A stretch of 21,341 bases of DNA from Hormoscilla sp. (lineage in GTDB: Bacteria > Cyanobacteriota > Cyanobacteriia > Cyanobacteriales > Desertifilaceae): assembly GCA_051439505.1 (NCBI GenBank), contig JBFRWI010000194.1:1-21341 (forward strand), read 5' to 3'. A model generated the notes under the pieces. The model saw only the letters and a list, made by a program, of their open reading frames with translations. It was not told where the DNA came from and searched no databases. Shown here piece by piece: positions 1 to 7,660 of the stretch. The translations under genes were made by a program, and so were the position numbers. Positions within the stretch are counted from its first letter, which is position 1. Each line of letters begins with the position of its first letter.

Positions 1-148
1 TCTGGTCACAAGGCAAAGATCCATACGGGTAAAGCTGATGCCACCCACGGGGTCGGCTTTATCTCTAGCACCCGTTGGCAGCCAGAGACTGGGTTCCGAG
101 AGTACGAGAGTCGCACCCGATCGCGACCGGTAGTAACCTGTTTTTCCT

Positions 149-288
149 TCGTTCCCTGGCTCTGCCTGGGAACGCATATGTGAGGCTCTGCCGACCGTCA
201 CAAGGCGAGGGGCCCTAGCAGTCAAGCTGATGTTACCGCGAGGCTGAGCCTTTAACACCGGTTCCCAGCGATCGCCTGTGGGAACGAG
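149..288. repeat. Nested-palindrome small dispersed repeat (MITE/REP-like element of filamentous cyanobacteria)
   Basis: Left end TCGTTCCCTGGCTCTGCCTGGGAACG (149-174) is itself a hairpin. Right end GTTCCCAGCGATCGCCTGTGGGAACGAG (261-288) is a similar hairpin. The termini TCGTTCCC and GGGAACGA are inverted repeats, and the inner arms GAGGCTCTGCC and GGCTGAGCCT are near-complementary. A more degenerate related copy occupies about 1-137 (shared GTCACAAGGC, AAGCTGATG, GACCGGTAGTAAC). Confidence 0.65.
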
Positions 289-410
289 ACAATAGATATG
301 CTCCGGCGAGCCTTGCCGAAGGGACCGGTAGTAACAGGCTTTCTGGGAAGGGAAGAGGACCACCGAATACCCCCAACCTCAAATTATTCTTTGTCTCGCT
401 GCTTGGTGGT
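268..410 (+). repeat. Imperfect direct repeat A, copy 1 (copy 2 at about 1564-1705)
   Basis: 32-nt identical core GTGGGAACGAGACAATAGATATGCTCCGGCGA at 278-309 and 1574-1605, then shared GGACCGGTAGTAACA, GAATACCC and TCGCTGC blocks. Both copies start at a HIP1 octamer. Confidence 0.85.
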
Positions 411-575
411 TGATGTTACGGGGGTTATGGGGCTGTACGTCAAATATTATGGTTGAAAAAGATTGGTTTACAAAAGTTTACGCGATCGGGAGATATTCTG
501 GGGGTTTTGCCGCTAAGATGTAAGAAGAAAGTCCTGATTCGGGAAAATTTGCAGGCATCACCGAAGAGAGAACTG

Positions 576-851
576 ATGGTAGTTAGACAACCTCGTTACA
601 GTAAAGAAGAAATTGCCTGGCGCGGCGATCGCATCTATGAGACTCAAGTGCGCCCCCAAGTTGAAGCGGTTCATCACGGCAAAATAGTGGCGATCGACAT
701 TGAGACGGGAACTTTTGAGGTTGCAGAGGACATCTTGACTGCGACCGATCGGTTATTTGAGCGATCGCCAGAAGCTCAACCCTGGATCGTCCGCATTGGC
801 GATCGAACAGTTCATCGTTTTGGTGCGCGGAGTCTGAAAAAAACGATATGA
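576..851 (+). CDS. Small hypothetical protein of the type encoded upstream of clan AA aspartic proteases (DUF5678-like)
   Basis: The track ORF is 453..851; ATG 576 after GAAGAGAG gives MVVRQPRYSKEEIAWRGDRIYETQVRPQVE...GKIVAIDIETG. Its stop overlaps the next ATG (ATGA 848-851), indicating translational coupling. Confidence 0.7.
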   Translation: MVVRQPRYSKEEIAWRGDRIYETQVRPQVEAVHHGKIVAIDIETGTFEVAEDILTATDRLFERSPEAQPWIVRIGDRTVHRFGARSLKKTI

Positions 852-1234
852 TGCAAGGTGTGGTTAATGCTAGATGTGAGGCAATGATTCGTCTTGTGGT
901 TGGGGATAGACAAAATGTTTAAAGGCGAGTTATTGATGCGGTAATTGACACTGGTTACACGGGCTTCATCAGCTTGCCGAGTGAAATCATTGTTGCGTTA
1001 AATTTACCTTGGGTTGGAGTCGAACGAGGAACTTTGGGTGATGGTAGCGAAGCAACCTTCGAGGTATATGCGGCGACTGTTATCTGGGATGGCGAGTACA
1101 AAAACATTCCTGTGAATTTGGCTGAAACTGAGCCCTTAGTCGGAATGAGCTTACTTTACGGTTACGACTTGCGCATTCAAGCTGTAGAAGGTGGCACTGT
1201 CATAATTGAAGCGATCGCCCCATCGAAAATGTAG
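848..1234 (+). pseudogene. Clan AA (retropepsin-like) aspartic protease, interrupted by in-frame TAA at 920-922
   Basis: From ATG 848: MMQGVVNARCEAMIRLVVGDRQNV*RRVIDAVIDTGYTGFISLPSEI..., in frame with track ORF 974..1234. It has the catalytic DTG motif and a C-terminal PLVGM motif. The track ORF starts downstream of DTG and so lacks the catalytic Asp. Confidence 0.85.
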
Positions 1235-1309
1235 GGGCACAAATGAGCGGAAAAAATGAAAAATGTAACTACCGCCGTGCCCCGGCTGCCAGTGCCCAGA
1301 CGCGATCGC
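1211..1309 (+). repeat. Direct repeat B, copy 1 (about 100 bp, HIP1 at both ends)
   Basis: Near-identical to 1465-1571, sharing CCATCGAAAATGTAG, CACAAATGAGCGGAAAAAATGAAAAATGTAACTACCGCCGT and TGCCAGTGCCCAGA. Confidence 0.9.
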
Positions 1310-1338
1310 CCAGAAAAATGCGATCGGGCTATGGCGCC

Positions 1339-1394
1339 GGGGCACGGCAATAGATAGATTTGGGTTGATACCGATCTGTTATCCGTGCCCCTAC
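1339..1394. repeat. REP-like palindrome GGGGCACGG...CCGTGCCCC-TAC
   Basis: 9-bp inverted repeat at 1339-1347 and 1383-1391, ending in CTAC (GTAG on the minus strand). Related GTAGGGGCAC half-sites occur in repeat B. Confidence 0.55.
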
Positions 1395-1464
1395 CATTGT
1401 GATTCTATATTGGCTGAAACTGGCGCGATCGCCCGCCACCGAAGGTGCGATCGCACTCCTAAAT

Positions 1465-1571
1465 GCGATCGCCCATCGAAAATGTAGAGGCACGGCATCC
1501 ACAAATGAGCGGAAAAAATGAAAAATGTAACTACCGCCGTACACCAGTTGCCAGTGCCCAGATGCGATCGC
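1465..1571 (+). repeat. Direct repeat B, copy 2
   Basis: Matches 1211-1309; starts (1465) and ends (1564-1571) with GCGATCGC. Confidence 0.9.
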
Positions 1572-1705
1572 CAGTGGGAACGAGACAATAGATATGCTCC
1601 GGCGATCGTTGCGGAAGGACCGGTAGTAACATGTTTTCTGGGAGGAAGGACGGCCTGGAATACCCTCCACATCTAATATTATTTCTGTCGCTGCCGGTGA
1701 TTATC
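1564..1705 (+). repeat. Imperfect direct repeat A, copy 2
   Basis: Matches 268-410 with a 32-nt identical core. Confidence 0.85.
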
Positions 1706-1747
1706 GCCTCGCTTTATCCGTCACTATTAGTCAACCCAAAGGAGCAG

Positions 1748-1777
1748 TTGACAGCAAGCACAAAGATGCGTTAAGCT
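1748..1777 (+). promoter_or_regulatory. Putative sigma70-type promoter for the DUF262-HEPN operon
   Basis: TTGACA (1748-1753), 18-nt spacer, TAAGCT (1772-1777), just upstream of the ORF. Confidence 0.45.
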
Positions 1778-1798
1778 AAGAATTGACTCGGCCTCTGG

Positions 1799-2842
1799 AT
1801 GCAGAAATCCGGGCAAAGCAAAAAACAGTTGACTATATATAACACGAGAGAATTACCAGTGGAAGTGCTCGTCCGGAAATACCGAGATGGGCTGGATGAA
1901 GACACCAATGAGTTGTATATACCAGACTATCAACGAGATATGAATTGGGACGAAAGTCGGCAGTCAAAGTTTATTGAATCTATTTTTATAGGATTACCTA
2001 CCCATATTGTTGTGGCCGATCTGCGACCAAAGCCAGAAGATGATTGGGAGGATTTCGGTCGGTTAGAAATTGTTGATGGAACTCAACGTATCCGAACTTT
2101 AGACATATTTCTCAATAACGAGCTACAGTTGTGTGGACTAGAAAAGCTCAAGAAACTTAACAACTTCAAATTCCGCGATTTGTCCCTAGCAAGACAACGA
2201 CGCTTTAACAGGGTCAGAATTCGCACGAGCGTGCTGACGGCGAAAGCTGATGAAGAAACGCGACGGGATATGTTTGAACGCATCAATGCAGGTAGCGTCG
2301 AACTATATGATATGGAGAAGCTTCTAGCTAGAGATACTGGACCGTTTATCCATCTGCTTGAAGAACTCGCCAAAACTCCCAAATTTATGCAACTATGTCC
2401 CAGATCGGAGGTACTTGTCCGCAAACGGGAACCTGAAGAATTTGTGTTACGTTTTTTTGCCTACTTAAATAACTATCAGAATTTTGACAGGCAGGTCAAT
2501 AAGTTTCTCCATGAATATATAGAAGCACGTAACCATGCTGGAATTGACCCAGATGTTATGGGCTGTGAATTTCACAAAATGTTAGACTTTGTTGACAAAT
2601 ACTTTCCCCATGGATTTAGCAAAACCAAAGGTAATGTGAGAACACCAAGAATTCGCTTCGAGGCAATTTCTGTAGGAGTTGCACTCGCTTTGAGAGAAAA
2701 GAGCGGTCTCGAACCAAAATCAATGGCCTGGCTTGACTCGCCAGAATTTAAGGCATATACTAACTCAGATGCCAGCAAATCCAGATCTAAAGTGATTCGG
2801 CGGATCGAATATGTTCGCGATCGACTTCTCAGTAAATCATGA
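1799..2842 (+). CDS. DUF262 (GmrS/ParB-like) domain protein; N-terminus possibly frameshifted
   Basis: Motifs IPDYQR...W, FIESI..GLP, IVDGTQR.RTL and FERINAG match the DUF262 QR/DGQQR/FxxxN signatures. Coupled to the next gene by ATGA overlap at 2839-2842. Confidence 0.85.
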   Translation: MQKSGQSKKQLTIYNTRELPVEVLVRKYRDGLDEDTNELYIPDYQRDMNWDESRQSKFIESIFIGLPTHIVVADLRPKPEDDWEDFGRLEIVDGTQRIRTLDIFLNNELQLCGLEKLKKLNNFKFRDLSLARQRRFNRVRIRTSVLTAKADEETRRDMFERINAGSVELYDMEKLLARDTGPFIHLLEELAKTPKFMQLCPRSEVLVRKREPEEFVLRFFAYLNNYQNFDRQVNKFLHEYIEARNHAGIDPDVMGCEFHKMLDFVDKYFPHGFSKTKGNVRTPRIRFEAISVGVALALREKSGLEPKSMAWLDSPEFKAYTNSDASKSRSKVIRRIEYVRDRLLSKS

Positions 2843-3537
2843 CTAGCACGTTATTTCAGGACTTCAACGAACGCTCGAAGGAAGTGAGCAAATATTTTCT
2901 GCTCTTGAAGAGTTTGGAGCAGGAGACTACTAAATTAAGTATGGAAGGTAAAGGGGGAAGCCAAAAAATACGAGCAATTGATTCTGAGTTAATCAATACC
3001 TTAAAATCCAGTGGTTTTCTGTTGCTCTATAATCTAGTATAATCGACAATGCGAAACGCGATCGGAGCAATATTTAACGAACTGCAAAGTCAAGGATTTG
3101 ACTACGACAAAATTAGACCGGAACTCAAAAAAGTTATCCTCAAAAACCTCAAGAAGCGAAACCAAAAAAAAATATTTTCAAGTATAACAGCTATTGCGGT
3201 AGATATTATTACTGCTGGATTTGAGAAAGAAGATCTTTTTTCGGGAAACGTCGATGCTAGAAAAATCAGATATCCGGCAACTGAATATGGATTTTCACAT
3301 CTGACTGATTATGCCAAAACAGGTCATGGATTGGATTTATTGATAATCAAGTCAAATAGGAATGATTTAGCCCATGGCTATAAATCTTTTGCCGAGGTAG
3401 GAAAAGAAAAAACTGCAGATGAGTTATTATAGATTAAGAAGAAGACAGTCAGCTATTTAAGGGAAATCATGCAAAATATTGAACAATATTTATCAAATAA
3501 AGAATACTTAGATTCATCGACTACAGGGACTCCTTAA
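2839..3537 (+). pseudogene. HEPN nuclease (MAE_28990/MAE_18760-like), interrupted by TAA 3040-3042 and TAG 3430-3432
   Basis: Track ORFs 2839..3042 and 3049..3432 plus the tail to TAA 3535-3537 are one frame: ...LLYNLV*STMRNAI...FSGNVDARKI...RNDLAHG...ADELL*IKKKTVSYLREIMQNIEQYL.... RNDLAH is the HEPN Rx4H motif. Confidence 0.85.
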
Positions 3538-3676
3538 TGAAATCAATATGATTGAGGATGCTGCTGTTGAGGTTTGCTTGTCCTAAAATGGTTTGTTCCT
3601 TGCTAACTGCTTGTATCATCTTTGTCCTCCAGTCACACTCGTCCTCGTACTCAAATATCATGCTTTAAAAGCAAGG

Positions 3677-3730
3677 GGGCGATCGCCGTCGTTCGTAGTA
3701 AAGACTTTAGTCTTTCCCCCCCGATCGCCC
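3677..3730. repeat. Palindromic intergenic element
   Basis: GGGCGATCG (3677-3685) and CGATCGCCC (3722-3730) enclose the inverted repeat AAAGACT-TT-AGTCTTT (3700-3715). Confidence 0.5.
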
Positions 3731-3738
3731 GCCGCCGA

Positions 3739-3747
3739 TGCTATAAT
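3739..3747 (+). promoter_or_regulatory. Extended -10 element TGCTATAAT
   Basis: Perfect TGnTATAAT, 32 nt before ATG 3780. Confidence 0.55.
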
Positions 3748-3779
3748 AATTACAATTGCGAAGATATCCCAAAATTACC

Positions 3780-4295
3780 ATGACACAAGAACTGATAGAC
3801 CTGAGAACTAGCATCCTGTCAGGGCGGTATGAAGATGCCTTGGCAATTGTCGATGAGATGGAAGAGATGAGTAGAAAATCAATATTGCGAAATATCAAGA
3901 ATTATCTGATGAGGATGTTGATTCACTTAATTAAGAACCAAGTCGAACAGCGATTGACAAATTCTTGGGCAGTGTCTATCAGAGATTCAATTAGGGAAAT
4001 TCAAGATTTGAATATCATGGGAAATAATAAATCTCATTACGTGAAGGCAGATGCTTGGGATGAGTTGCTAGAACTGGGTTTTGAGGCGGCAATTGATCGA
4101 GCTAGTTTAGAAGTGGGAAACGGGGAATATCAACCAGTGCAACTGCTGGAATTGACAGACAAGGCAGAGATATTGAGGACAGCAAATCAATTACTATCTT
4201 TGACATACGCCCATTCAGCAGATAGCTTGGGAAGTGCCATCAATGCAGAATTGAGGAAATTAGCAGGCGGTGCAGATTGGAATAAAGTAGGATAG
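3780..4295 (+). CDS. DUF29 family protein
   Basis: MTQELIDLRTSILSGRYEDALAIVDEMEEMS...LIHLIK...SWAVSI is a typical cyanobacterial DUF29 pattern. ATG 3780 is preferred over TTG 3756. Confidence 0.75.
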   Translation: MTQELIDLRTSILSGRYEDALAIVDEMEEMSRKSILRNIKNYLMRMLIHLIKNQVEQRLTNSWAVSIRDSIREIQDLNIMGNNKSHYVKADAWDELLELGFEAAIDRASLEVGNGEYQPVQLLELTDKAEILRTANQLLSLTYAHSADSLGSAINAELRKLAGGADWNKVG

Positions 4296-4303
4296 AGTAG
4301 CAG

Positions 4304-5287
4304 ATGAACGACGAACAATCCACTATAATTAATCTAGAAGTTACCGCAACTAAAGAACGCCTCGATCGCCACCTGCCCCAGGAACTGCCAGACCTATCCC
4401 GTTCTCGGATCCAAAAGCTGATAGAACAAGGGCACGTGCAAGTAAATGGCAAGGTCTGCACTGCCAAAAAGACGATCGTGCAAAGGGGCGATCGCCTGAC
4501 ACTGAGGATACCTCCGGTGCAACCCACAGAACTACAACCGGAAAACATCCCTTTAGATATTCTCTACGAAGATGAAAGCTTGCTAATAGTCAACAAACCG
4601 GCTAACTTAGTGGTCCACCCGGCACCAGGTCACCAAACAGGCACCTTAGTCAATGCAATTTTAGCTCACTGTCCCGACTTAGCGGGCATCGGTGGGGAAA
4701 TGCGACCGGGAATAGTCCACCGACTGGATAAAGATACCACAGGCGCGATCGCGATCGCCAAAACCGACATCGCCCTGCAACATCTGCAAGCACAACTGAA
4801 AGCCAAAACCGCCCGGCGAGAATACCTAGGAGTAGTCCACGGTGGACCCAAAAACAGCGAGGGCCGCATCGACCAACCCATCGGGCGTCACCCGCGCGAT
4901 CGCCAAAAAATGGCAGTCGTCCCCCTAGAAAAAGGAGGACGAACTGCCATTACCCACTGGCAAATATCTGAAAGACTGGGTAACTACAGTCTCATGCAGT
5001 TCCAACTAGAAACCGGTCGCACCCATCAAATTCGCGTTCATGCCGCCTATATCGGCCATCCCATAATCGGCGACCCCACCTACAGTAAGAATAGGGGCGT
5101 GGGTGTCAACCTGCCCGGTCAAGCACTCCACGCTTGGAAACTGCGCTTGCAGCATCCCCTATCTGGAGAGTGGATACAGGCGATCGCCCCTCCACCGGCA
5201 GCCTTTACCAGACTCTTAGAAGTCTTGCGCCTACGCCTTGGTTTTCCGATAAGGGACCGTTGCCTCGTAATTGATGTTGACAGTTGA
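4304..5287 (+). CDS. rluD: RluA/RluD family 23S rRNA pseudouridine synthase with N-terminal S4 domain
   Basis: S4 segment RLDRHL...[19 protein letters not shown], catalytic [23 protein letters not shown] and LHA motifs. Confidence 0.92.
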   Translation: MNDEQSTIINLEVTATKERLDRHLPQELPDLSRSRIQKLIEQGHVQVNGKVCTAKKTIVQRGDRLTLRIPPVQPTELQPENIPLDILYEDESLLIVNKPANLVVHPAPGHQTGTLVNAILAHCPDLAGIGGEMRPGIVHRLDKDTTGAIAIAKTDIALQHLQAQLKAKTARREYLGVVHGGPKNSEGRIDQPIGRHPRDRQKMAVVPLEKGGRTAITHWQISERLGNYSLMQFQLETGRTHQIRVHAAYIGHPIIGDPTYSKNRGVGVNLPGQALHAWKLRLQHPLSGEWIQAIAPPPAAFTRLLEVLRLRLGFPIRDRCLVIDVDS

Positions 5288-5998
5288 CACCCTGCCTATG
5301 GGGTTGGGTGTGGGAGAAATAGCCCGTGCCATACCCACAAACTGAGATGGATCGCCCGCCTTGGCCTTCTTGTCTTGTGGCACAAAACGGCGCACCTGGT
5401 TTTGCCAAACGATTTGCGGGAAGCCTGCTATGGACCGGTAGTACGGACCATAACGAGGCGTCTTCAGGTTAAAGGGGGTTTCCCCTTGCGGGCGCTGGGG
5501 CAGAATCCGTCGCCGTTGATAGGGCACTGTATCATAACCAAAATTGCTCATGTACTCCTCGCCAGAGAGCAACTCATCGATAAAACCTTGCACGCCCTTA
5601 GTGGCAATCACGATCGACCAGGCAATTTTTTCCCGTTCGCTGTAAACATCGCGACCCAGCAGCCGCTGTACGCAAATCTCAACAAACCGGTAGTTGCTGT
5701 TCGTCTCGTAATTCAGCCGCAGGAACGGATCGGAAGTCGCCAGACCCTTGATAAAATCCCGCACCGTGATTTGTCCGAACCGCAGCTGCGATTCCAAGAA
5801 TGTTTGCTGGTTACGCTTCAGGATCTGATGTTCGCTATACACCTGGCGATAGGCCGCCCAAATCAACTCGTCCATCCCACCTGCTGAGAGCAAGTTTTCG
5901 CTGGAGTAAATTTTGGGTTGCTCTTCTCCGGGAACCTCATACCCAGCTACCCGAGGATTTATGGTCACGGGGGCGTAGTCTAATAACGGAATTGCCAC
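5231..5998 (-). CDS. cpcG: Phycobilisome rod-core linker CpcG
   Basis: [10 protein letters not shown]...AAYRQV...FLESQLR...NSNYRFV...VPYQRRR...AGDP. Hydrophilic C-terminus, so not CpcL. GTG start with GGGAGA RBS. Confidence 0.93.
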   Translation of the reverse strand: MAIPLLDYAPVTINPRVAGYEVPGEEQPKIYSSENLLSAGGMDELIWAAYRQVYSEHQILKRNQQTFLESQLRFGQITVRDFIKGLATSDPFLRLNYETNSNYRFVEICVQRLLGRDVYSEREKIAWSIVIATKGVQGFIDELLSGEEYMSNFGYDTVPYQRRRILPQRPQGETPFNLKTPRYGPYYRSIAGFPQIVWQNQVRRFVPQDKKAKAGDPSQFVGMARAISPTPNPIGRVSTVNINYEATVPYRKTKA

Positions 5999-6142
5999 CT
6001 TTATTAAATCTCCCTAAATCTGAAATCTGAGAAAATCTTACAAACCTTAACTTTTCTCACTATATATTAATGTGGCGTCTATCTCTCAAACCTTCCAGGG
6101 CTTTGTGCAATAATTCTTAACATTCTCTGGGAGGGCGACCCT

Positions 6143-6730
6143 TCACGAGTACCCCATCCAAAAAGCCAGGGGATTTATCCGGCATGGCACAAGCGGCCAG
6201 TAACGCAAGTAAGTTTCCATCTCTGGTGGTTCCTGAGGGTCGCCGAAGGGCTGCCACCGGGGCGGTTCCAATCCCAGTCCCAAACAGAGATGACAGATAA
6301 CGTCAAAAAAACGCCGATCGTGACCGGGCGAACCTAAATGAGCATGAGCATATTCATGGACAACTACGCTCAACCAGTCCGCCGGTGCTGTCCTACCCAC
6401 ATCGATGAGAATCTCTACAGGATTTCGCCAGATATTGCAACAACCGTCTATACCAAACTCTGGCGCTAAAGGGGTGGCCAGAATGCGGATCTGACGGCGC
6501 ACCTCCGCATGAAAGCAGCCGTGACAGGCTTCCAGACTGTCATGGAGTTGAGCGTTAATGGCGTCAATGTGATTGCCAACCCAGGTAATCATCTGTGGAT
6601 TATCCGGAATCGGAACCATCTTTGGGTCTAAGGCCAGTTGACGCACAGCCTGCAAATATTCATAGCCGCGTGCAAAGGGACTGACATCACCAGCCCCATA
6701 CCGAGTAATACTGTCTGGGTTCCCTGGCAT
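6143..6730 (-). CDS. Hypothetical HExxH zinc-metallopeptidase-like protein (SprT/YgjP-like motif); start uncertain
   Basis: VVVHEYAHAHLGSPGHDRRF (HExxH...H..xF). 5' end overlaps the cpcS 3' end. Confidence 0.65.
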   Translation of the reverse strand: MPGNPDSITRYGAGDVSPFARGYEYLQAVRQLALDPKMVPIPDNPQMITWVGNHIDAINAQLHDSLEACHGCFHAEVRRQIRILATPLAPEFGIDGCCNIWRNPVEILIDVGRTAPADWLSVVVHEYAHAHLGSPGHDRRFFDVICHLCLGLGLEPPRWQPFGDPQEPPEMETYLRYWPLVPCRINPLAFWMGYS

Positions 6731-7301
6731 CCTCTACTTGTTGGGGGGTTGTCTCTTCACTGCTGGAAATATCTAAAGGAGATCCGATCCTGGTTTCCAC
6801 ACATAAGGATGCGGTGCTGAACCCGCCGAAGCGCTTCACCGCACTGGTCCGCATCCGCAGATCCGAATTAATAAAGGAGAAACGTTCTTGAGAACTCATG
6901 GTTTCATATTCGGTCAGCAGAATCAGCCCATCTTCATCGTCCATCAAATAACGACCAGCTACCGGTGCTATTTCAGCATAGCCTTTTTCTCGCAGTAACT
7001 GACCTGCTCTGGGATTCTCCCGATCGGGCACTATGACCATCACCGTCGAGTCTGTATGATTTTCATCTGTTTTATCCCACGCCATGGTCCCCTGCCAACT
7101 TACTAGGGCTCCACCGGCAGCCAAACTCGGGTCTACCTGATGTAACTGGCAGATTTCCACCACTCGCCGATCGTCCGCTGCCAGAGTTTTCACTTCTATC
7201 TCTGAGGCCCCTGTCTCCGCACGCCTGAAGGGCAGATGATGTGTCGATCGCTGCGATCGCCACCTGCCGGCAGACGCGATAAAGAATTCCATTGCGTCCA
7301 T
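6687..7301 (-). CDS. cpcS: S/U-family phycobiliprotein lyase, CpcS-I type
   Basis: EFF..SAGRWRSQR.THHLPFRRAE, GYAEIAPVAG, KRFGGF and terminal GW fit CpcS-I. Confidence 0.8.
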   Translation of the reverse strand: MDAMEFFIASAGRWRSQRSTHHLPFRRAETGASEIEVKTLAADDRRVVEICQLHQVDPSLAAGGALVSWQGTMAWDKTDENHTDSTVMVIVPDRENPRAGQLLREKGYAEIAPVAGRYLMDDEDGLILLTEYETMSSQERFSFINSDLRMRTSAVKRFGGFSTASLCVETRIGSPLDISSSEETTPQQVEDAREPRQYYSVWGW

Positions 7302-7436
7302 CTATTTCCCCCATACCACTGCTACATCTGTTACCGGATTCTACCATGCTGTCGCCGCCAATACAGGCTTTTATGAATTTTTGTTACTTTCCTAAATTAT
7401 TGCTTGACAATGTATCGATTTTAGCAGCAAAGCATT

Positions 7437-7454
7437 GTTACATCTGTTGACAAT
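7437..7454 (+). promoter_or_regulatory. HLR1-like (RpaB-type) direct repeat upstream of nblA
   Basis: GTTACATC-TG-TTGACAAT, 10-bp period, imperfect match to (G/T)TTACA(T/A)(T/A)-N2-(G/T)TTACA(T/A)(T/A). Confidence 0.45.
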
Positions 7455-7488
7455 CAAGAAAAGACAATTCGCGCCTGGGAGTAAAGCC

Positions 7489-7656
7489 ATGAAAAAGCCT
7501 TCCAATCTCACCTTGGAGCAACAATTCAAAATGAAAGTCTACCAAGAGCAGGTTAAAAGTATGAGTAAGCAAGAAGCTCAAGAATGCTTGCTCGAAGTCT
7601 TGCGACAGATGATGGTCAAAGATAACTTGGTCAAGCAGTTGCTCAAGAATGCTTAA
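7489..7656 (+). CDS. nblA: Phycobilisome degradation adaptor NblA
   Basis: 55 aa, LTLEQQF...QVKSMSKQEAQECL...QMMVKDN signature; GGGAG RBS before ATG 7489. Confidence 0.92.
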   Translation: MKKPSNLTLEQQFKMKVYQEQVKSMSKQEAQECLLEVLRQMMVKDNLVKQLLKNA

Positions 7657-7660
7657 GCTG

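Noticed and set aside
1151..1672. Short minus-strand ORFs 1151-1345, 1329-1670 and 1391-1672 sharing peptide similarity
   Set aside because: The similarity simply reflects the non-coding direct repeats A and B.
848..3537. Stop-codon reassignment or readthrough explaining three in-frame stops
   Set aside because: TAA and TAG terminate conserved genes normally in this window (nblA TAA; cpeA and cpeB TAG), so pseudogenisation or sequencing error is simpler.
6104..6121. RcaC L-box upstream of cpcG
   Set aside because: Only one TTGCACA half-site (minus strand); the second half of TTGCACA-N4-TTGCACA is missing.
7411..7426. NtcA box upstream of nblA
   Set aside because: GTA-N8-AGC does not match GTA-N8-TAC well enough.
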